A DNA stretch of 64,000 nucleotides from Eledone cirrhosa. Its lineage: Eukaryota. Shown here one piece after another: positions 52,377-64,000 of this stretch (its first letter is position 1; each line of letters starts with the position of its first letter). Where the stretch lies: positions 350,610,001 to 350,674,000 of the forward strand of contig OZ024742.1 in NCBI GenBank assembly GCA_964016885.1. The letters are read 5' to 3'. A program made the translations under genes and the position numbers. The notes beneath the pieces were generated by a model. That model saw only the letters and a list, made by a program, of their open reading frames with translations, was not told the origin of the DNA and ran no database searches.

Positions 52377-52564
52377 TTGTTTCTACTTTTGGCACCAGGC
52401 CTACAATTATCCCAGTATATTACTGGCACTTTATTTTATCGACGCCGTAAGGATGAAAGGCTAAATAAACCTCGGCGGGATTTGAACTTAGACCATAAAG
52501 GGCCGTAACTCTTTGCTGCAAAGCATGGTGTCCGACCATCTACCGATACTGCCAATACACCGCC
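52377..52564 (-). mobile_element. tRNA-derived Nin-like SINE
   Basis: Full consensus; ttatatt on both sides. Confidence 0.9.
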
Positions 52565-53212
52565 TTATATTGCAAGTTTCTTAGGATTTTAACTTTTAAA
52601 ATACGAAATAATACTTTACAGATTCCTTACATTTTTAAACAAATTTTCATCCATATGAAACACGTACACGTCTAAATACGTAACCTGTACACCTCCCACA
52701 CAGGCACAAACACACACACACGAGTGCGCGCATAAACACACACACACACACACACAATGCATGGGATCAAATATTAGTTAGAAAATTCAACTTTTGGATT
52801 AAAATAAAATTTTCTACTTGGGTGCATTGAAACTCTAAATATATTCGTATCAATTCATTAGGAAATAATTATTTTGTAATGTTCGCCACCATTCCACCTT
52901 TATATAAAGTATACTTGAATTTAGAAATAGATATTAAATCTTCATGCGGTATATTTTAATACATATTAATATATATATATATATATATATAGATATATGT
53001 TTATATTCATTTATATACGTTAATATATATTTATATACATTTACATATATATCAATATATATTTAAAACTAATTCATCGCCGTTATATTTAAATACATTT
53101 ACATATATATTGATGTACATTAGTTTACATTTATATATATACATATGTATGTGTATATATAAATATACTTTAAAATATATATATAAATATAATTTAAAAC
53201 ATATTTATGTAC

Positions 53213-53258
<46 letters not shown>

Positions 53259-53313
53259 GTGAGGTTTTTTTTACAAAATGAAAAATAACCGAGGTGTCCT
53301 ACACGAGTGGAAG

Positions 53314-53616
53314 TATAAAGAAAAAGGGATGAAATCGAAAATGCAACTGAAGTCTTATTTTTTTAAAAAATATATATATTTATTTGGTTCCTTTACCGGT
53401 TTCGCAGTTCTTCTGCTTTTCAAAAGGTGAGTTGAGATGGAGGGTCTGTGGTTTTTCTCACATCAGATGTGAGAAAAACCACAGACCCTCCATCTCAACT
53501 CACCTTTTGAAAAGCAGAAGAACTGCGAAACCGGTAAAGGAACCAAATAAATATATATATTTTTAAAAAAAATAAGACTTCAGTTGCATTTTCGATTTCA
53601 TCCCTTTTTCTTTATA
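53314..53616. mobile_element. Palindromic fold-back with arms of about 150 bp and a 1-nt centre at 53465
   Basis: ...ttctcacatc-a-gatgtgagaa... Confidence 0.92.
53503..53540 (+). ncRNA. Minimal 38-nt hammerhead with U3-A8 covariant core (mirror copy 53390-53427, -)
   Basis: cctt-TTGAAAA-gcag-aagaa-ctgc-GAAAC-cg-GTA-aagg. Confidence 0.85.
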
Positions 53617-53629
53617 TATATATATATAT

Positions 53630-53818
53630 GAACGAGTAGGACCCCGACGGCTGAGCTCAAGCCGTTTTGACGGCTAATTCTGGACAGAATTAGCCGTCGA
53701 AACGGCTTGAGCTCAGCCGTAGGGGTCCTACTCGTTCCTATTACCCACTCTACTACCCTAAGTATTGAGTACTTTGGTGCGTTATGGTCCACCTGGTTAC
53801 TTACCACATTTCCTTCGT
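53630..53818. mobile_element. Family F fold-back with HHR 3' halves (other copies near 10240, 32900, 57228-57440, 59406-59580)
   Basis: agccgtc-GAAA-cggct-tgagctc-agcc-GTC/GTA-ggggtc in inverted pairs. Confidence 0.7.
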
Positions 53819-53850
<32 letters not shown>

Positions 53851-55899
53851 TATACGTTAAAATATATTTATGTACATTTATATCTATATATATATATTAA
53901 TATACTTTAAAATCTATTTATGTACATTTATATATATATTAATGTTGGTAATTCAAAAAATATAAATTTTTATAACTGATTCAGAGCAGTCGAAGGTTTT
54001 CTGGAGTATAATATACAATGATGTTAAATAAATGGAAACTATATTTATATAATGACAAACAAGGTCATCAGACAAGATCTTGTCTGATGACCCTGTCTGT
54101 CACAGGGTCATCATATTTGATCTTGTCTCACGAACCTTTGATAAACAAGCGAAATTCCCAATAAGACTCATTATTTAACCTTAAATGTCATCACTTTTCC
54201 TCATAAATATATTACAGAACGTTCTCGTGGTGTTTTCACCCACCACACTGCTCGACTAAACACTGCTATGTGTGTCTGACAACATTTAAGATGAGATGTG
54301 AGACGTGTGATATCTTAGTCTTCACTTGCCCCTAGGCTTTATACTCGTGGAAAAGCCAAGCTGTATTAATATGTTTGACAACGACCATCTTGCTCAAATG
54401 TATGTATTATATATAAATTATATTGATTAAGGGCATGAGGAGCATTACAGTCACAATATATCCGAATTCAAGAAACGTTGAAAGCATGTGGACCCTCCAC
54501 CAATGGGGCACCTTCCTTAACCCAGCTGTGGAGTGTCATCCCCTTCAATCTACCCTGAAGAAAACTCGCAAAAGTCCCTCTACTACCCCATCATTAAGTA
54601 ACAGCCGCATTTTATTCCACATCTAGAAAATACAAGTACATTTGTGTTTCACCCTTTTCCAGTTCCTAAATGTTCGATGAGTTCAGCATCGCACGGATTG
54701 TGTCAAACTTTGTATCTTGTCTCTCCAGGAGACAATCTTGATGTAATGCTCCTTTAACTACTTTGTATTTTTTTAGAACGGCACGGGCCCACTTCCGCAG
54801 TGTCTAGTACCTTTTATGGTGATATTATCTGTATATATTCACACGACACTTCTCCCACCATAGCAGCACCCACTCAACTTTCACACTAGAAACACATGGG
54901 CAACGTCACAAAATAATTATCCCAAAATGTTCTTCCAGTTCACAGTTTTCGCAACGTATAGTCGTTTAGTTAATTATCGAAAGCTTATAAATACGATCGA
55001 TATATTTATATAGCACCGATTTAGAAGTTCCGTTAGAGCTTCTGATAAAATGACACACCTTATACATACACGCTCTCAATGTTCTCATTTTATATCTCGT
55101 CGAGATCATGTGCTCCTTTCACAGTTGATAAATAAAATATCAATTACGGACTAAGGTCGATTTAACTGTCTTCCTGTATTTCTTCATCTAGACAGATGTC
55201 TCCACCAGAGTTAGATAAACAACATACTCGGAGTGTTACGAGGATTTCCTACTTATCCGTCAAGAGTTTCTGGACTCCGAGAGTAAACCCAGAAAGAAGA
55301 AAGGAAGCGTGGAAACATTAATTTCTCTAATAGTAATTCTAGCAATATATTTCCACAATAGCTCTTAGCGTTGAACAAACGTAGACTGATAGAAATCAGG
55401 AAAAATTGTGAAACCTAAACACATTTAATAAAATCAGATGAACATTAGATCGAATGACTGTAATCATCTTTAAAATTAAAACTTTGGCAATATAATCTTT
55501 ACAAGATAATCTAAAACTTAGTGTTAGAATGTGAGAATACAATATTGAACTTGAGACGTGTAAAGAGTACTTTCACAACAAAAAATTCAATCATTTCAAA
55601 GTAAAAATATACTAACTTATTCTAAAGATACACTAGGTGTTCATTGGTCTTTTGTATTTCTCCCAATAATGTAATCATGATTATATATTGAGGTTAATGT
55701 TAAGTGCAGAACGTATAAAGGCAATACTTCTTTATTGCTAACCTGGAAGTATATTCTAAATTAAAAGACCATATAAAGTCACCTTACAATGGAAAAAAAT
55801 CACCACGAGCATCTTCTTGTTATTTTAGATCAATACTTATACCATCTACCAAAAAGAGTTAAAAGCATAAAGTGAAGGAAATATTGCTCCAGGTCGTTT

Positions 55900-56680
55900 C
55901 AAACACCAAACATATAATGTAAGAAAGACATATATCAATTTATGTTTGTAAAAGATAGTAAAGTTTCGATAGAAACGAAATTCTTAAAAGAACAGCAAAG
56001 AAGCAACGAAACATTGAGAAAAATATATTCTAAAATAAATAGAAAACCTACAAAAGTAAATATCGACATAGAAATGGAAAAGAAAGAACATTGGGAAAGT
56101 TCCATCAGAAATAACCATTAAGAAAATATATCTATATCTGACTGTGACAATCAAAGCACTCAACTGTGTCAGTTCAATTTTAGCTGGAAGGTAAGAAACC
56201 GAAAGAATGATAGACGAAAACGGGACCAATGAAATCTTGCACATCAATGTCAGTAAAGAATTTCTGAAGAAAGCAGCACAAAAAAAGATGTTAAGCAGGT
56301 GGGATATTTGGTGGAACCCTAAAATACTTATCTGGATGCTCGTTTTAAGCCGAAGTAGGCTGCATCGATAGACACAATATAACAACCTAAAAATAGCTCA
56401 TTGGATTATATAGACTTGGTTACATGATAACTGTTTAAAAGGAAAACAACGTATCCTTACTCCTGCAATATTATTCACCAAAGATCTGCTCAAGCAGGGA
56501 TAACTAGGATTAAGTACAAGAACAACAGTGAAAAGCAGTCGGAAATTTACATTAAAATATCCACATGCATTAACAAATGACAGTACCGCAATAGAGTGTA
56601 AGAATAGAGCTGAGGATATACATAAATCTTGTTCCAAGAATGGAAATTTATGATCCATTTCTCGATGAACAGTAAATATA
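55900..56680 (+). mobile_element. Possible highly degraded LINE 3' remnant
   Basis: Only scattered codon remnants (KALN..SWK, TNEIL); no intact ORF. Confidence 0.3.
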
Positions 56681-56782
56681 ATGATAACTGCTCTCCGGAA
56701 TAGGGAAGGCTCAAACGGCTAATACACAGAGCAACACCCCACCTGTTGCTACAGCACAGAGCGACAACCCACGTGTCACTAC

Positions 56783-56932
56783 TTCGGGAGAAATCATCAG
56801 GAAGGCCTGATGATTTCTTCCGAATGAAACACTTCTAGTTCAGTAGAAGCCATTTCTATATTAAATATTTATACTCTGCTATGTACTGAGTACGTTACTT
56901 ACTGTGGTTACTCTCGACTGAACCCGGGATAA
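56783..56932 (+). mobile_element. Family B fold-back with an HHR at about 56804-56851
   Basis: aaatcatcagg-aagg-cctgatgattt junction; GAAAC...GTA-gaagcc. Confidence 0.7.
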
Positions 56933-56939
56933 ACATATT

Positions 56940-57016
<77 letters not shown>

Positions 57017-57019
<3 letters not shown>

Positions 57020-57175
57020 TTGGGGAGGGTCATATTCTTGAAATAATATTGCCAGAAATAATAACAGAACACACTCACTGTTTGGTTGGTTTCGCCTCTG
57101 TATCTTTTTTACTCTCCATAGTTAATTTATTTGGCAATCAACGTTTATCATTGACTGACGTTAAAAATACAGATA
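57017..57175 (-). mobile_element. Family A pLTR 3' fragment
   Basis: tacttggggagggtcata...cactcactgtttggttgg. Confidence 0.85.
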
Positions 57176-57183
57176 TAAATATG

Positions 57184-57228
<45 letters not shown>

Positions 57229-57495
57229 CAACGGAATTGTGGTAAGGAACCAGATGGACGATAACGCACCAGAGTACTCAATACTTAGGGTAGTAGAGTG
57301 GGAAATAGAAAAAAATATGACCCCGACGGCAGAGCTCAAGCCGTTTCGACGGCTATTTCTGGACTAAAATTGAATTTTAGTCCAGAAATAGCCGTTGAAA
57401 CGGCTTGATCTCTGCCGTCAGGGTCATACTTTTTCCTTTATATATATATATATTATATAATCTGCATAGATTAAATGTGCACCAATATGTATAAG

Positions 57496-57929
57496 TATAT
57501 ACACATATCTACTATGTAGACATCCAAAAATGCCAGAAAATAGGTAATTCTCTGTAAATTGTAAAACGTACAAACAACTTTAATAGATTTTCGGATTTTA
57601 TTCAACCCTCATCAGCAGACGACAAAGAAACAGGTATTTGATGGGTATATATACCTTTCACTCTCAGAATTCTACTGAAATGGACATACTAAGCTGCATA
57701 TAATATTAAGTGCCAGTGGGTATGTACATATACTCATCCAGCCAATGGGTATATATATACTCCCATCCAATACATCCTGTGGTTGACGATCGATATGCAT
57801 GTCCCCTGATGAGGGATCAAAAACATCCGAAAATAGATTAAATCGTTTTCTTTATTCTTTTCAATTTACAGATAAATTCGTAATTTCTGGCATGTTTGAA
57901 TGCCAACAAACAAGATATGTGTATATATA
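57496..57929. mobile_element. Old, diverged fold-back with two HHR-like cores
   Basis: CTGATGA-g-ggat...atcc-GAAA at 57806 (+) and mirror near 57587-57615 (-); stem I pairing is lost. Confidence 0.5.
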
Positions 57930-58062
57930 TCAGGTTTGTGCAGACTCAGTTACACACTCTCTAGCTATACAGATATAACTTTATTATACACTTCGGCTGC
58001 TACTGCGGCTCTTACTATACAATATATGCACACACAAACACACACACACACACATACGCATA

Positions 58063-58100
<38 letters not shown>

Positions 58101-58174
58101 AAGTAGAAATTAATTGACATATATATATGTTTATAATAAACACATGAAACAATCACAGGGGATAATTTGTAAAT

Positions 58175-58783
58175 GGTGGATATGGCGCATGTCTTGGACA
58201 TGACTCCCTTAATTTAATTAAATTAAATTAATTTTGGATATATACACGGCTCCTTAATTGTAGAGCTAACTCAGTTGAAAGGACTCGGCTGCTATTTATA
58301 GCTGTCGATCATCCTATTCACGCCACTGGGATGACGCTAGAATATTGTTAGTAGTTTTAGAATTGCAACACGTGCGATGGATCACTCGCAGATTTGCATT
58401 TGATGTGTAAACACAGAGAGTTAAATCTTCTCCCTTGCTGAAGATCCAGGTTTTGAGTACTGTGACTTTACGGATTATTGGTGAAATAAATTTCTTTAAT
58501 GAAATATATACGAGGAAGATTAATCATTTTTTAAAAGGTAATGTTTGAAGCTCAAGTTAAAATTTAATTAGTTACCTACCTAGCTATGTGTGATTACACA
58601 CTTTACAAATTATCCCCTGTGATTATTTCACGTGTTTATTTTAAATATATATGTCAATCAATTTCTAGTTGATATAAAATGCTCGGATCTATTCGTTGGA
58701 ATCTTTGAGTTTATTCTACGGTGGATATGGCGCATGTCTCGGACATGACTCCCTTAATTTAAATTATATAAAATTAATTTTGG

Positions 58784-58786
<3 letters not shown>
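58175..58786 (+). mobile_element. Terminally redundant non-coding HHR element (545-bp period), preceded by an inverted piece at about 58100-58173
   Basis: Direct repeat at 58175-58240 and 58720-58786. Confidence 0.75.
58424..58521 (+). ncRNA. Type I hammerhead ribozyme
   Basis: aatctt..ccttg-CTGAAGA-t-cca...tgg-t-GAAA-taaatttc/gaaatata-TA-cgagg-aagatt. Confidence 0.8.
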
Positions 58787-58849
<63 letters not shown>

Positions 58850-58928
58850 AAGGTATATATTGAGTTAGAAACTGAAAATAGGCTCTTACAATAAAATAGC
58901 TCTAGGAAAGATATTTCCGAGCCGTATA

Positions 58929-59374
58929 TTATAATTGAATATAAAAGAAAGATAAACAGATATATATACATATATGTGTTCAAATCGTAAGGGACCAGAA
59001 TCGCTAAGGTGAAAAGAATACTAAGTATGGACAATAGCATTTTGTGCGTTATTATATATACGCACACTATTCCGTTTTTTAATAACTTAGAAGTGACCAG
59101 GATATTAATTCTTCACCCACTGACCAGCAAGAATTGGTATTTCTCTTCACAATTGCTGTTTTCCGAAACAGCATAGCCAAACGCTGTCTGGCTGGGTGAT
59201 TGGTAGTTACCACAATTCCAGTTTGTATTTATTTTCTTGATTTATTCTTAAATTGAGCATGGCAAACCCTATTGTCCGTAGTTAGTATTCTTTTCACGTT
59301 AGCGAATCTGGTCCCTTACGATTTGAACACATAAATGTATTTATCTGTGTTTATCTTTCATTTATATTCAATTA

Positions 59375-59378
<4 letters not shown>
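58929..59378. mobile_element. Diverged inverted-repeat element with a degenerate HHR in the spacer (59114-59198, +)
   Basis: Arms 58929-59047 and 59258-59378; cca-CTGACCA...GAAAC-agc...gct-GTC-tgg. Confidence 0.6.
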
Positions 59379-59406
<28 letters not shown>

Positions 59407-59597
59407 ACGAAGGAGTTGTGGTAAGGAACCAGGTGGACCATAACGCACCAGAGTACTCAATACTGAGGGTAGTAGAGTGGGTAATAGAAAAGTGTTCAAG
59501 ACCACACCGACGGCAGACCTCGAGCCGTTTCGACGGTTATTTCAGTCTTCAGTCCAGCCGTCGGGGTCTTGAACATTTTCCTATATATATATATATA

Positions 59598-60205
59598 TAT
59601 TGTTATACTTTGGGAGGGTCATGTTGCCAATAAGAAACACACGCACCAGTTGTTTTTTACTTCAATTTATTATATATTTATAAATTTACAAATTTACAAA
59701 CCTATAAATTTCTGGTTGGTTGGTTGGTTCCACAACCAGATAGTTGTTTATATATATAGTCATAGTCCTTTCGTCACACACTCTGTGACCTCTTCAGTGA
59801 CTGGGGATTCCTTTCTTCGTTTCTGTACCTTTCATTTCTTCTATCCTACGCCATTTTGTTTCTGTGTGTGACACACAGAGAAAGAAAATGGCGTAGGATA
59901 GAAGAAAGGAAAGGCACAGAAACGAAGAAAGGAATCCCCAGTCACTGAAGAGGTCACAGAGTGTGTGACGAAAGGACTATGACTATATATATAAACAACT
60001 ATCTGGTTGTGGAACCAACCAACCAACCAACCAGAAATTTATAGGTTTGTAAATGTGTAAATTTATAAATATATAATAAATTGAAGTGAAACAACTGGTG
60101 CGTGTGTTTCTTATTTGCAACATGACCCTCCCAAAGTATAACAATATCGGTTTCAACACACGATTTCAGATAAAGAATCTTGCTAAACTAATTCAGAAAC
60201 GAAAT
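59598..60205. mobile_element. Family A2 pLTR fold-back, HHRs at 59758-59802 (-) and 59940-59984 (+)
   Basis: Centre near 59870; agtca-CTGAAGA-g-gtcaca-gagtg-tgtgac-GAAA-gga-CTA-tgact; MTLPKYNN start in each arm. Confidence 0.9.
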
Positions 60206-60220
60206 ATATATATATATATA

Positions 60221-61026
60221 TACGATATTAAACAAATGGAAACTATATTTATAAAACCATATTTATTTCGTTATATATATTTCTGGGATATCATATTAAA
60301 AATATGGTATGCCTTCCTCAGACAAAATACAATACATAAGCTGTTTTATAAATAATTTTGACATTCCTTATAATAATGCAACTTCAAAGAAAGATGATAT
60401 ATTTAAAATATATATAAAATATATATATAAAATATATTTTAAATATATCATCTTTCTTTCTTTTTCTCCTCTACACTGGACGTGACTTATGTGTCGGCTA
60501 GTTTAACTGTATCCCTTCCCTCCTTAACCTCTCACATATACGATGATCATCTGTCCAAAAGCTGCCTACTATATTTTTTCACTTCCTCAATGTATTTCTC
60601 TCTCCCATATCTCCTTCTCTCTCTATCTCGCTCTGTTGTTTTTCTTTACATACATCTCTTCATCTTCTTCCTTTTTATTTACATACATCTCTTCATCTTC
60701 TTCTTTTCATCTTCGTTTTTCTTTCTATATAACTGTCATAACAGTTTCACTACCAAATCAACTTTTTAAATGGAAGTTGCATTATTATAAGGTATGTCAA
60801 AATTATTTATAAAACAGCTTATGTATTGTATTTTGTCTGAGGAAGGCATACCATATTTTTAATATGATATCCCAGAAATATATATAACGAAATAAATATG
60901 GTTTTATAAATATAGTTTCCATTTGTTTAATATCGTAAACCTACTCCAGAAACTGTTGTGTGCTTTTATATCAGTTATAAAATATTTACTCGTTGTAACC
61001 CAACAATTTTAAATAAAACTTTTGCA
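60221..61026. mobile_element. Family E inverted-repeat insertion, HHRs at 60265-60328 (-) and 60830-60893 (+)
   Basis: Arms 60221-60387 and 60772-60937. Confidence 0.88.
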
Positions 61027-61139
61027 TATATATATATATATATATATATATAGTAATAATAATAATTTTGAAGACTAAAATGCAAAGAAGGCTCGATAAG
61101 GATAAATATATATCAAATATATAAAAGAACCATAGAGCA

Positions 61140-61276
61140 AATATTTATTAAAAAAACAGATTAAAGTTTAAGCAAAGAATCGCTGCTTTCACCCTTAACG
61201 GGATCTTCTGAAACACAGAAGATCCCGTTAAGGGTGAAATCACCGATTCTTTGCTTAAACTTTAATCTGTTGTTTT

Positions 61277-61286
<10 letters not shown>
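61140..61286. mobile_element. Family C fold-back with two CAGAAGA-core hammerhead-like motifs
   Basis: gatcttctg-aaaca-cagaagatc junction at about 61213. Confidence 0.75.
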
Positions 61287-61343
<57 letters not shown>

Positions 61344-61347
61344 ATAT

Positions 61348-61688
<341 letters not shown>

Positions 61689-62376
61689 AATATAATCATT
61701 TTAGCTTTGGATTCCTAGTTTAGCGAAGTAAAATTGGGCTCTAGGTATATCACAATTTGGTTTTGTATAAAGCGGGATTTGTTTCAACTTTACGGAATTC
61801 TAACCAAAATTCTAAACAATGGGAAAACATCAATACACAAGTCATCCCAAACTATATAGGCAGATCAAATCCTATTGATTATGAAAATATATATATCTAA
61901 AATTAACGATATACAATCTACAATAAGTCATGTCTTGAGAATGATTTGAAAATATGCAGAAGCATTAAAACAAGAAATGTGAAGAATTTTTCTCTGCCTC
62001 TGCAATTTGTACGTTTAAATTTAGCTTTATTTTAGCAATAGTAATTCTAATGTTGTAGCTTATTGATTCATATCTTAGTGACATATTCAGAGAGCCACTT
62101 GATGCAGCAATACAATCAATTTACCCAGTTCCTGCTTAGAACGAATGCTTTTCGAAATAGAAAGTTTCGTTGCCAAACACCACTTTGAGTTCATTAAATA
62201 CTTAACTGACACGACTTAATAAGATTAAATAGAAATACTTAGTAGGAATAATATATTGACACTGAAAGCAAGACAGACAAGTATTTGGTACGTAGTAATA
62301 GTTATCGGGGGAGTGAGTGACCTTATAATCATATCAGCGCATTTAAATCGTATGCTAAAAGCCGTTACGTTGCGAT

Positions 62377-62835
<459 letters not shown>

Positions 62836-62935
62836 GATTTTGAGTTTATGTTGGTTGTATACCAACACCTCAGTATGCAGGCTGGAGCACTCGACGAAGT
62901 GCGCAGGTTGGTTTGGTTACTCCGGAGTAGTGTAA

Positions 62936-63371
62936 AATAAAGCTAAATAAAAGTCAAATGATTAAAATTTAGCTTCGTTTATTACTGCTATATATATTTC
63001 AGTGACAGCCATCTTTGGCTGTGACCTCTTCAGGCAGTTTGAATTAGTATGGTATAGACAAGTACATATGTTGTTTAGGTGTATGATATTGTCAATACTC
63101 TGATATGCCCAGTTCCTTGCTGGGTTGTTAATTCACTGGGGAACTGGAGTCATATGACTCCAGTTCCCCAGTGAATTAACAACCCAGCAAGGAACTGGGC
63201 ATATCAGAGTATTGACAATATCATACACCTAAACAACATATGTACTTGTCTATACCATACTAATTCAAACTGCCTGAAGAGGTCACAGCCAAAGATGGCT
63301 GTCACTGAAATATATATAGCAGTAATAAACGAAGCTAAATTTTAATCATTTGACTTTTATTTAACTTTATT
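62936..63371. mobile_element. Spacerless palindrome with arms of about 218 bp, HHRs at 62984-63038 (-) and 63269-63323 (+)
   Basis: Centre ggagtcat|atgactcc at 63153/63154; actgc-CTGAAGA-ggtcacagcca/tggctgtcact-GAAA-tatat-ATA-gcagt. Confidence 0.92.

Positions 63372-64000
<629 letters not shown>

Overview
AT-rich animal intergenic or intronic DNA. The SINE types and repeat landscape suggest an octopus or other cephalopod (inference). No host protein-coding gene is recognisable, and nearly all supplied ORFs are translations of (TA)n, (CA)n or (GA)n repeats. Roughly a third of the window is degenerate (TA)n arrays. These are densely colonised by Penelope-like retroelements (PLEs): one near full-length RT + GIY-YIG copy (14799-19635, minus strand), a truncated and inverted sister copy, a related family, Hydra-type endonuclease fragments, and many solo pseudo-LTR (pLTR) derivatives. 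Reading by eye finds about 30 type I hammerhead ribozyme (HHR) motifs from about 13 sequence families. Several have non-canonical cores (U3-A8 covariants, CAGAAGA, CCGAAGA) or palindromic, dimer-type stem III. Most sit in fold-back insertions whose 5' ends are fused and whose 3' ends point out into (TA)n. Two sit in terminally redundant, retrozyme-like monomers. tRNA-derived SINEs, RTE-derived fragments, a Helitron-like end, minisatellites and a 200-N gap are also present. All folds and coordinates were derived manually and may be off by a few bases.
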